DNA of 64,000 bases from Candidatus Delongbacteria bacterium (GTDB taxonomy: Bacteria > UBA4055). The translations under genes were made by a program, and so were the position numbers. Under the pieces are notes generated by a model. The model did no database searches. It saw nothing but the letters and a program-made list of their open reading frames with translations, and was not told the DNA's origin. Where the stretch lies: assembly GCA_016937995.1 (NCBI GenBank), contig JAFGVM010000064.1:27636-91635 (forward strand). The letters run 5' to 3'. Shown in pieces: positions 17,500 through 26,000 of this stretch; the first letter of the stretch is position 1; every line of letters starts with the position of its first letter.

Positions 17500-18642
17500 A
17501 TGAAAAGATTAATTGTAGCTCTTGTAGTAATAGTGTTATTTTTATTGATCTTCACATCATGCAGTGATGACAGCAGTTCTGAACCGGGCAATAAAGCTCC
17601 TGTAATTACCAGTATCGTATCAAATCCAGCCACAGTTGAGTTAGGGCAGACAGCTACAGTTACGTGTACAGCTTCAGATGCAGATGTGGATGTTTTAACT
17701 TATTCATGGAACAATACAGGTGGAACTATTTCAGGAAGTGGATCAAGTATCACATGGACTGCACCTGACACAGTAGGGAATTATAGTGTTACTTGTGAAG
17801 TCAGCGACGGGGAAGACTCAGTGAATGACGGAGTTAATATAAGTACTTTTGAAACTGCAATACCCGGTGCAATGGTTTCTGTTACTGGTGGTACTTTCAC
17901 TATGACCGATCCTTCTAAGCAGACTTATGTGACTGTTACAGTTAGTGACTTTAGCATTGGAAAGTATGAAGTTACTCAGAAAGAGTGGGTAGATTTAATG
18001 GGCAGTAATCCTGCGTCTTATGATCCTACGAACAATATTGGAGTTGGAGATAATAATCCTGTTTTTCATATCGGCTGGTTCGATATTCTTGTTTTCTGCA
18101 ACCAAAAAAGTATGGCAGACAGTTTAACCCCGTGTTATTCTATAAATGGTTCGACAGATCCTGACAACTGGGGTGTTAGACCAATTTATAGCTCTGATCC
18201 GACTTTTGCAGCATGGAATGCAGTAATATGTGACTGGGATGCTACAGGTTACAGAATGCCGACTGAAGCAGAATGGGAATTCGCAGCAAGAGGTGGAGTA
18301 AACTGGACGGATGATTATACTTACAGCGGAAGTAATATTATTGGTGATGTAGCCTGGTATAATGATAACTCAGGTAGTGAACTTCATATTATCGGAACCA
18401 AATTACCTAATCAACTTGGTATTTATGATATGACAGGTAATCTTTACGAATACTGCTGGGACTGGTATGCTGCTTATACTGATAATGCTACTGATCCTAC
18501 AGGAGCACCGACCGGAGATATGCGTATTGTAAGAGGCGGTTCGTGGATGAGTATTCCTGAAAATTGTGTCGTTAACGGACGCTACAGAGAGTATCCGAAT
18601 ACAAATTATGATTATAATGGTTTTAGACTGGTTAAAAGATAA
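17500..18642 (+). CDS. lipoprotein with Ig-like/PKD-like domain fused to an FGE-sulfatase (SUMF1/formylglycine-generating-enzyme family) domain
   Basis: Signal peptide plus lipobox (IFTSC). Residues about 30-110 form a beta-rich Ig-like domain (VTCTASD...YSVTCEVSDGED). The FGE-domain hallmarks are YEVTQKEW, GYRMPTEAEWEFAARGG and RIVRGGSW. Confidence 0.7.
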   Translation: MKRLIVALVVIVLFLLIFTSCSDDSSSEPGNKAPVITSIVSNPATVELGQTATVTCTASDADVDVLTYSWNNTGGTISGSGSSITWTAPDTVGNYSVTCEVSDGEDSVNDGVNISTFETAIPGAMVSVTGGTFTMTDPSKQTYVTVTVSDFSIGKYEVTQKEWVDLMGSNPASYDPTNNIGVGDNNPVFHIGWFDILVFCNQKSMADSLTPCYSINGSTDPDNWGVRPIYSSDPTFAAWNAVICDWDATGYRMPTEAEWEFAARGGVNWTDDYTYSGSNIIGDVAWYNDNSGSELHIIGTKLPNQLGIYDMTGNLYEYCWDWYAAYTDNATDPTGAPTGDMRIVRGGSWMSIPENCVVNGRYREYPNTNYDYNGFRLVKR

Positions 18643-18649
18643 AATAGAA

Positions 18650-18672
18650 AAGCCCCGATTATGGGGCTTTTT
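18650..18672. terminator. bidirectional intrinsic terminator between convergent genes (AAGCCCC-GATTAT-GGGGCTT flanked by A-run and T-run)
   Basis: A 7-bp GC stem with TTTTT on the plus strand and TTTTCTATTTT on the minus strand. It lies between the FGE lipoprotein gene (+) and hcp (-). Confidence 0.6.
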
Positions 18673-18712
18673 AATTAGATTCTGAAACAAGTTCAGAATG
18701 ACGATAATTTTA

Positions 18713-20383
18713 TTACTTACCTGCCATCATAGCTTCTACATCACCTTTTACATCACCAATAGGCTTGATATTGAAATTCTGTACAAGGACATTTATAACA
18801 TTTGGCGATAAAAATGCTGGAAGGGTTGGTCCTAAGCGGATCCCTTTAACACCAAGATGCAATAATGCAAGTAATACGGTCACAGCTTTCTGCTCATACC
18901 ATGCAATATCGAATGAAATTGGAAGTTCATTGATATCTTCAAGTCCGAATACTTCTTTCAATTTCAGAGCTATCACAGCTAGAGAATATGAATCGTTACA
19001 CTGACCGGCATCGAGTACTCTCGGGATTCCGCCGATGTCACCAAGGTCAAGTTTGTTGTAACGGTACTTGGCACATCCTGCGGTCAGGATTATAGTGTCT
19101 TTCGGAAGTTCTTTTGCTACTTCAGTGAAATAATCTCTCGAATCATGTCTTCCGTCGCAACCCGCCATTACAACAAATCTCTTGATAGCTCCGGACTTGA
19201 CCGCTTCAACGACCTTGTCAGCCAGCGCGATGACCTGAGCGTGAGCGAATCCGCCGACGATATTTCCTGTCTCGATTTCTGTCGGTGCCGGTAAAGTCTT
19301 TGCCAGTGCGATCACTTCGGAGAAATCTTTCGCTTCGCCTTTAGCAGGTATAGCAATATGTTTCACACTGTCAAAACCGACATTATTAGTTGTGAAAACC
19401 CTGTTCTTATAAGAATCTTTTGGAGGGATCAAGCAATTAGTTGTCAAGATTATTGCTCCATTGAATGATTCGAATTCAGTTCCCTGTTTCCACCATGCAT
19501 TTCCATAGTTGCCTACGAAATGATCATATTTCTTGAAAGCAGGATAATAGTTTGCAGGAAGCATTTCACTGTGCGTATATACATCAACTCCGGTTCCTTC
19601 AGTTTGCTTTAACAATTGCTCCATATCTAACAGATCATGTCCTGAAATTAAGATAGCAGGATTATTTCTAACACCGATATTTACTTCAGTGATCTCAGGA
19701 TTTCCATAAGCTTCTGTATTTGCAGTATCTAAGGCAGCCATTGCATCAACTGAATATTTCCCGGCTTCCATTACTAACCCAACAAGGTCCATCACTTCCA
19801 GAGAATCATCCAGAGTTGCAAGAAGTCCTTTTTCCATGAACATTACTATCTCTTTCACTTCCTTACCAAGTCTTAGTGCATGATCAGCATAAGCAGCCAT
19901 ACCTTTGATTCCAATTGTAAGCAGTTCTCTCAATGAACGGATATCCTCATTCTCAGTTCTCAAAACACCGACCTGAGTAGCTTTTTCATCAATATTCTCA
20001 TCTGTTACAAAGAAAGTTGCAGCATCATGCTGTCCCAATTCTCCAACATCAATTCCCATTTCAGCTACTTTCTTTTTTCCCATCTCACGCATCTCGATAG
20101 TTTCCTTGATCGCTTTTACTAAGTAATTTCTGTCGAAATTTGCATTAGTTATTGTCGAGAACAGCATCTCAAGGATAAATTTATCCATTTCGTTGCAGGA
20201 TTCTGCGTATTCCTTTCTTGTTTCCAGTGAAGCACCTGCCCTGAAGATAAGCATTCCTTTTAATGCGTGGATCAGAAGATCCTGTAAATTTGCTACATCT
20301 GCAGTTTTTCCGCAGAATCCTTTGGCGTAAGAACAGCCTTTGTTGCCGATTGTTTCCTGGCATTGAAAACAGTACATACTCAT
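18713..20383 (-). CDS. hcp: hydroxylamine reductase / hybrid-cluster protein
   Basis: The N-terminal Cys cluster ([27 protein letters not shown]), length 556 aa and a conserved C-terminal hybrid-cluster ligand region. There is an AAGGAG Shine-Dalgarno. Confidence 0.85.
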   Translation of the reverse strand: MSMYCFQCQETIGNKGCSYAKGFCGKTADVANLQDLLIHALKGMLIFRAGASLETRKEYAESCNEMDKFILEMLFSTITNANFDRNYLVKAIKETIEMREMGKKKVAEMGIDVGELGQHDAATFFVTDENIDEKATQVGVLRTENEDIRSLRELLTIGIKGMAAYADHALRLGKEVKEIVMFMEKGLLATLDDSLEVMDLVGLVMEAGKYSVDAMAALDTANTEAYGNPEITEVNIGVRNNPAILISGHDLLDMEQLLKQTEGTGVDVYTHSEMLPANYYPAFKKYDHFVGNYGNAWWKQGTEFESFNGAIILTTNCLIPPKDSYKNRVFTTNNVGFDSVKHIAIPAKGEAKDFSEVIALAKTLPAPTEIETGNIVGGFAHAQVIALADKVVEAVKSGAIKRFVVMAGCDGRHDSRDYFTEVAKELPKDTIILTAGCAKYRYNKLDLGDIGGIPRVLDAGQCNDSYSLAVIALKLKEVFGLEDINELPISFDIAWYEQKAVTVLLALLHLGVKGIRLGPTLPAFLSPNVINVLVQNFNIKPIGDVKGDVEAMMAGK

Positions 20384-20558
20384 TATAACTCCTTTTTTTT
20401 AGTTTAAATTTTATATTTCTTCGTCATAAACATAATTTGATTCACTCATTTACTGTTTGTAAACTCATTCAAAAATTTTCTTTCTTCTTTGAACTATTTC
20501 ATTTAATTCAAAAATGTTTTAGTTAGAAGTTTTCTTAAACATAATTGCCTGAATTATT

Positions 20559-20879
20559 CTATTTGAATTTCTTTATTACTAGAACAATTATTTGTTCATC
20601 CGTATCGTTTCTCATGCCGTGAGGAATATCTCCAGGGCAAGCTATAATAGTGCCTTCTTTTGCATTGATCTCTTTATCACCTACAGTGAAAACAGCGCTT
20701 CCTTTGTGAGCGAAGAATTCAGAGTCAAAGGGTGTTTTGTGAGGTTTTAGATATGATTTAGGTTCAAGGGTCATGTGAATTATTTCAAAATTAGGATGAA
20801 CTGTCATTTTTCTTCCTACGATTCCATCCTGATCATAGATCGGTTCAAGTTTTAATGGGTCAATAAGCTTCATAGTCAT
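20559..20879 (-). CDS. cupin-domain protein (cupin_2)
   Basis: 106 aa with a two-His cupin core (HKTP...GDIPHGMRN). Confidence 0.5.
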   Translation of the reverse strand: MTMKLIDPLKLEPIYDQDGIVGRKMTVHPNFEIIHMTLEPKSYLKPHKTPFDSEFFAHKGSAVFTVGDKEINAKEGTIIACPGDIPHGMRNDTDEQIIVLVIKKFK

Positions 20880-20883
20880 ACTC

Positions 20884-21222
20884 CTATAGAAGTTTAGTTT
20901 TATTCGTTGGTCGTGGAACTTTATTTACAAGAACTCTAAGAATAGTATCACTTTCATTGTACCAGCAGTGGGGAATATCTTTAGGACTGTCGATCAGTGT
21001 ATCCTTTGTAACGACTTTCTTCTCATCTCCGATCTCAACAATACCTTCACCTTCAAGTACGTAGAAGTAAACATCAACTGGTGTTATATGCTTGATGAGT
21101 TTCTCTCCCGGTTGAAGCTGTATGTAAACTACTAATGCATTATCAGTTGAATATAGATCCCTGGCATCAATACCATGCGGTGTATTTTTCTTTTCTATCT
21201 CTGATACTTTTATTGTCTTCAT
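20884..21222 (-). CDS. cupin-domain protein (cupin_2), paralog-like neighbour
   Basis: 112 aa with a cupin beta-barrel pattern (YIQLQPGEKLIKHITP...DIPHCWYN). Confidence 0.5.
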   Translation of the reverse strand: MKTIKVSEIEKKNTPHGIDARDLYSTDNALVVYIQLQPGEKLIKHITPVDVYFYVLEGEGIVEIGDEKKVVTKDTLIDSPKDIPHCWYNESDTILRVLVNKVPRPTNKTKLL

Positions 21223-21249
21223 TTTATATCTCCAATTTTCTTAATTTAA

Positions 21250-21313
21250 AAGTCAGAAGTCAGAAGTATTTCTCAACTCACAACTCACAACTCACAACCC
21301 ACAACCCACAACT
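21250..21313. repeat. intergenic microsatellite-like tandem repeats: AGTCAGA x2 then 5.9 copies of heptamer CAACYCA
   Basis: Read directly as agtcagaagtcagaagt at 21250-21266 and caactca caactca caactca caaccca caaccca caacta at 21273-21313. This lies between the Fe-S protein stop and the cupin start on the minus strand. Confidence 0.8.
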
Positions 21314-22136
21314 ACAGAATACTTCCACTTATAGATATCACATCCAGCTTTACCATTTTGCTTACACCTGCAATTTCAAGTGCTTTTTGTACGATGACTT
21401 CCATTCCACCACAGCAGGGAACTTCCATTCTGACAACATGGATAGACTTGATATTTTTATTTTTGAATATATATGCAAGTTTTGAAATGTATCTTTCAAC
21501 TCCCTGATCAAGCTTAGGACAGAAAATTATCAGTCTTTTACCTTTTAGAAATTTTTCATGAAAATTCGGATATGATGCCATAACTCCGTCTGCTGCAATC
21601 AGAATATCGGCATTGTCAAAACTCGGATCATTCTGATTTATCAAGTGAAGTTGAACCGGCCAATGTTTCAATTGCGACTTGCCGCTTGCAAGAACAGGTT
21701 CAATATTATGGTTATCAGGAATTGTCTGTGGAGCACTTCCAGGACATCCGCCGGTAGCACAAACGCTTGGTGCATCTCTGAATTGAGGAATATCAATACC
21801 TTTCTTAGTTAAGATCTGTATAGCCTGATTTACATATTTGTCAAGGCCGTGATCGTTCAGATGTTTCAAATGAGCTTTGATCGTATTAGTTCCGGCAGGG
21901 ATAATATTTTCGATGACGAGAGCTTCATCGTATTCATCAGCCTCTCTTTCTTCAGTAGAAATTGCTCCAACAGGACAGTTACCTATACATGCTCCAAGCC
22001 CGTCACAAAATAAGTCACTGATCAATCTTGCTTTTCCATCGATCATTTGCAAAGCTCCCTCAGGACAGTCAGGTATGCAGTTCCCGCATCCGTTACAAAG
22101 TTCAGCATCTATTTTTATTATTTGTCTTTTAGCCAT
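21312..22136 (-). CDS. 4Fe-4S dicluster ferredoxin-domain protein with Cys-rich C-terminal domain
   Basis: Two CxxCxxCxxxCP motifs (CNGCGNCIPDCP and CDGLGACIGNCP), plus a C-terminal region with CATGGCPGS and PCCGG Cys motifs. Confidence 0.55.
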   Translation of the reverse strand: MAKRQIIKIDAELCNGCGNCIPDCPEGALQMIDGKARLISDLFCDGLGACIGNCPVGAISTEEREADEYDEALVIENIIPAGTNTIKAHLKHLNDHGLDKYVNQAIQILTKKGIDIPQFRDAPSVCATGGCPGSAPQTIPDNHNIEPVLASGKSQLKHWPVQLHLINQNDPSFDNADILIAADGVMASYPNFHEKFLKGKRLIIFCPKLDQGVERYISKLAYIFKNKNIKSIHVVRMEVPCCGGMEVIVQKALEIAGVSKMVKLDVISISGSIL

Positions 22137-22300
22137 TTTATATCTCCTTTTATGAGACGTTGCGGTGCAACGTCTTTACGGGTTTGTCATTGCGAACCTC
22201 GGCTTGACGAGGTGTGGCAATCTCGCTCTATACTGTCATACTCGGGCTTGCCCCGGGTATCCAGGCGTATCAGAGACGCTCATGTAGAGCGTCTTTACGG
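22137..22300. repeat. GC-rich (about 52% GC), hairpin-dense intergenic element flanked by 11-bp direct repeats (CGTCTTTACGG)
   Basis: Hairpins AGACGTTGC-GGT-GCAACGTCT (22155-22175), CCTCG-GCTTGA-CGAGG and AGACGCTC-ATGTA-GAGCGTCT (22274-22294). The direct repeat CGTCTTTACGG lies at about 22171-22181 and 22290-22300. It contains an inverse-orientation copy of the 12310 repeat core. Confidence 0.6.
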
Positions 22301-22876
22301 TTCGATCATTACTTTCACATTGTTCCAGAGGTTTATTCCTTCTTTTTTCAGATCGAATGCATTTCCGTTGTAACACCATTGAAGGATCAGTAGTCTCATT
22401 GAACCAACTATTGTTCTAAACACCGAAACAGGATCAAGTTCCTTTTTAATTAGTCCGGACTTTTGTCCTTCTTTGATGAATCCGGTCACAGTCCCTTTAT
22501 GACCATGCATGATAGATCTTGCTTTGTTTGATAGTTCTTCATCATTAACGAAAATTCCTTCTGAGAACATTACTTTTGCCAGATCAGGATCTGAAGAGAA
22601 CTTTTCGTATCTGTCGGTAAGAAATAATTCTATTTTTTCAATAGGGGAGAGAGTACTACCGGCAGGGATATCCGGCATCTCTGATATATCCTTGAAAAGG
22701 TCAAGTATTCCCATTAGAATTGCATGCTTACTTTCATAATGTCTGTATAAAGCAGCTTCGGATACACCTATCTTTGCAGATAAGTTCTTTGTTGTAAGGT
22801 TCTGAATCCCTTCCTGTGCAATAATTGAGATCGAAGTTTTCAGGATCTGCTTTTGTCTTTCGGTCAGTTCACTCAT
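22295..22876 (-). CDS. TetR/AcrR-family transcriptional regulator
   Basis: The N-terminal HTH (TKNLSAKIGVSEAALYRHYESKHAIL) and an approximately 190-aa all-helical protein. Confidence 0.8.
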   Translation of the reverse strand: MSELTERQKQILKTSISIIAQEGIQNLTTKNLSAKIGVSEAALYRHYESKHAILMGILDLFKDISEMPDIPAGSTLSPIEKIELFLTDRYEKFSSDPDLAKVMFSEGIFVNDEELSNKARSIMHGHKGTVTGFIKEGQKSGLIKKELDPVSVFRTIVGSMRLLILQWCYNGNAFDLKKEGINLWNNVKVMIEP

Positions 22877-22887
22877 GATTTTTCCAT

Positions 22888-22907
22888 GTTAGTAAGTGTT
22901 CACTAAC
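22888..22907. promoter_or_regulatory. imperfect palindrome GTTAGTAAGTG-TT-CACTAAC immediately upstream of the tetR start; candidate TetR operator
   Basis: Perfect outer arms GTTAGT/ACTAAC and inner arms AGTG/CACT, placed 12 nt upstream of the tetR ATG in the divergent region shared with the second cyclase-STAND gene. Confidence 0.4.
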
Positions 22908-23026
22908 AAAGATAATACAGAGAGTATTGATAGTTCATGATTAATGTCAGGAAAGGAAAGATAATTGAAAATTAAAATCAAAAGAATAAAGAATTTCAAC
23001 ACAGAGGGACCGTAACCTTTCGTCTA

Positions 23027-23051
23027 TTTTTATTGCGACTCGCAATAAAAA
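23027..23051. promoter_or_regulatory. perfect 25-bp palindrome TTTTTATTGCGA-C-TCGCAATAAAAA in the 5' region of the second cyclase-STAND gene
   Basis: 12-bp perfect arms with a single-base centre, 45 nt upstream of the preferred ATG at 23096. The track's TTG start at 23033 falls inside it. Confidence 0.45.
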
Positions 23052-23095
23052 TCCCTATTTTATCCAAAACCATGAAAATATACGAGGAAGAAACT

Positions 23096-26000
23096 ATGTC
23101 TCAACTGAACGGAGCATTCCCGAAGCATATTCATTCGCCTGAGTATTATATGAATAAACAGTTCATGTTCATTGATATATCAGGGTTTACACCATTGTGT
23201 GATAAATTTATAAGTGAGAGCAGTTACGGAGCAGAAAAGATCGGTGATCTGGTGAACACAGTTTTTAATCCAATTATAGATTTTGTATTTGAAAAAGGTG
23301 GGGATGTTATTTCTTTTGCAGGTGATGCATTGTTCGTTGCAGTTGAAAAGAAATCGGTCAAAGCGGTACAGGATATGTCTCAGAAACTTATAAAAGAACA
23401 GACCATAGATAAAAGTCTTGCCATTACAATAGATATGCTGAAAGATGAATACTACCCGAATATTATAAAGTCAGCTGAAGGAAGTTCATTTAGCTACTAC
23501 CCACAGAAAGATAAAAATGATCTATTGAAAAATACTTTCCCTGACGAGATATATGAGATCTATCAAAGTAATTTCAGAGGTGAACTTAGAGCTGTACCTG
23601 TTTTCTTTATTCATATTTCAGAAAAATATTCTATAAACAAAATAAGACCGTTGCTTGAATTCATTACAGAGAAATCAAAAGAGAATTCTGTTTATATCAA
23701 TAAAATAGAATATCTCGACAAAGGCTGGATGATATTGCTTTCAGCGGGATCACCTGTATATTCCTCCGAAGCACCTGTCAAAATATATGAACTGTTATCC
23801 AAATTCTCCAAGAAAGCTAAAACTTATAATATCCCTGTGCAGATAGGTGGAACTCTTCAAAGAGGTTACTGCGGTATCATCGGTAATGAAAAGAGATGGG
23901 AATTTACTTTCTTAGGGTCAAATGTCAACCTTGCAGCCAGGATCGCCTTTTCTTCAGAAAATTACAAGATCTCCTGTGATGAGTCATTTGCATATTCTTC
24001 TCAAAACCTTTTGAAGTCTGAGTCTATAGGTATAAAGACTTATAAAGGAGTAGGTGAAAGAGAAATCTTTGAAATCACGGGTAAGATCAATGATACAAAA
24101 AATATTTTCGTAGGCAGGGAGAAAGAGGTACTATCATGCTTGAATTTCTTTTCAGGTGACAGAAGAGCTTTTGTACTTTTGAACGGTCCTTCAGGAATTG
24201 GAAAAACAGTACTTGCAGAACATATAATTCAATCTTTGGGTTATAAGTTTCTTATAAGATTAAAAGGTGTTTTCGGAAATGAATCAGCTTTCTCCTTATT
24301 CGATAATTTCTGTGATAAAAATTCGGGAGCAGCTGAAATATTCAAAAAATTCAAAGCTATAAAGCAACCAACTCTAATTTATATAGATGACCTGCATTTT
24401 GCCGATGACAGCAGTTTATTTATGTTTCACAGAATGATCAACGAAGGTAACCCGTTCGTTAATTTCATAGCTACAACGATAGGAAGGGAAAAAGTTAAGA
24501 TCACACCTTTGTCTTACTATGAATCTTTGATAATTGATCTGCAGCCGTTCGACCCGAAAGATATTCAGCATATAACGAAGATGATATCAGGAATTAATAT
24601 AACATTGAAGACCAGTAAAATGCTGCACAGATCAACTCAGGGAAATCCTTTATTCATTACTAAAATACTGCCTTATATAACAAAAGATATTGAAAATTCA
24701 GGAAAAGTTCCCTATTCACTTCAGGAAATAATCTTGATGAAATTAAATGAAATTCCTGATAAAGGACCGGAATTCATTGATGGGGGCTCTGTTTATGGTG
24801 ATATTTTTGATCATGGTGTGGTTAGAGAAGTAATAAATCTGAAGGATAAAATATTTAGAGACATTGTTTCAAAGGCGGAGAACGAAGGATTAGTAAGAAG
24901 ATCTCTTTCCCGTGATGAGATGGAGTTCTCGAACACAATTATAAGAGAAATTATCTATGAAAGACTTTTAAAAAAGAAGATCGATTTTTTCAGGATAAAA
25001 ATAGCAGAAGCTATTGTTGACTCAAAGACTAAAGATCTGAAAAAATTATATAAAGCAGTGACAATGTACTTTTCTGCAAATGATAATAGAGCTCTACCTT
25101 TAGCTCTTAAACTTGTTGAAGAATTTAAAAGAACAAAAGATCATGGTACTTTAAGAAGTATCGTTCAAAGATCTTTTGAGTTCATTAAAAAGAATAACTT
25201 ATATTCAAAGGCTTATGATTTTATTGAGTTGTTTTCAAGATCTTCTCAATTTGTTATTGGTGCAAAACTAACAACAATACTCGAAGAAATAGCCTTCAAG
25301 ATAACTGATTGGAGAAATAATGAAAAATTACTTCTCTATATTGCAAGATTAGTTTTTGAGATACAGTTCAAAGCACCCGAGGAACTTCTGAAAAAATATC
25401 TGGAATTGAAAGGTGAAGATAAACATTATCTTTGGACAAAAGTAAAGACCTGTGCTTATGTAATACCGCAAAACGAAGCTGTGAAGATATTTTACGATCT
25501 GAAAAATAAATTCGAAGGCAATGAAAGGGTAGAGTTCTATATAGATTTTGTGGGTTATGCATTCTTTATCACAGGGAATGTGGACATGGAAAAAGAAGGT
25601 ATAAAGGAATTGCAGAGACTCGAATCATCTATGCCTGTTTATTTAAAAGTATCTTACTTGTTCATAAAGAACAGCATAGCTATTCACAGGGACGATATGA
25701 CTGAATCAAAAAAATGTCTTGATGAAATTACAAGTTATAATAAAAAAGATGTGGATCTTAGTGATTCTTTCTCGATATACAATGATTATTCGATCCTTTA
25801 TCTGAATTTGGCCTATGAAAATTTTGATAAAGAATATATTAAGAGATCTTTAAAGTATTCCATTAAAGCTGTTAAGGCAATGACAGACCTCCAAATAGAA
25901 GCTGATCTGCCTTTGATGACGACCAATCTTGCAAGTTACTATATGACCAGTGGTTATGTGAAGAAGGCGGAAAGAACTTATCTTGAAGGCTTGTATTATG

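Noticed and set aside
20384-20558. FNR/HcpR box (TTGAT-N4-ATCAA or TTGTGA-N6-TCACAA) upstream of hcp
   Set aside because: Only partial matches (TTGAAT…GAATCAA, GTTTAC-N5-GTAAA) with wrong spacing, so no site is called; only the presence of a dyad and direct repeats is noted.
21250-21313. Possible CRISPR array suggested by short tandem repeats
   Set aside because: The units are 7 nt with no spacers, there are only about 6 copies and there are no cas genes; it is a microsatellite-like array, not CRISPR. No other CRISPR-like repeat-spacer structure was seen in the window.
22047-22373. 108-aa plus-strand ORF spanning the GC-rich intergenic element
   Set aside because: It is antisense to the Fe-S protein gene start and the tetR end, its Arg/Cys/Ser-rich composition reflects the GC-rich repeat, and it has no Shine-Dalgarno; it is treated as spurious.
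23033-23095. TTG start of the second cyclase-STAND gene as given in the ORF track
   Set aside because: The TTG lies inside the 25-bp perfect palindrome and has no Shine-Dalgarno. The in-frame ATG at 23096 has a GAGGAAG Shine-Dalgarno and gives an N-terminal length matching the paralog.
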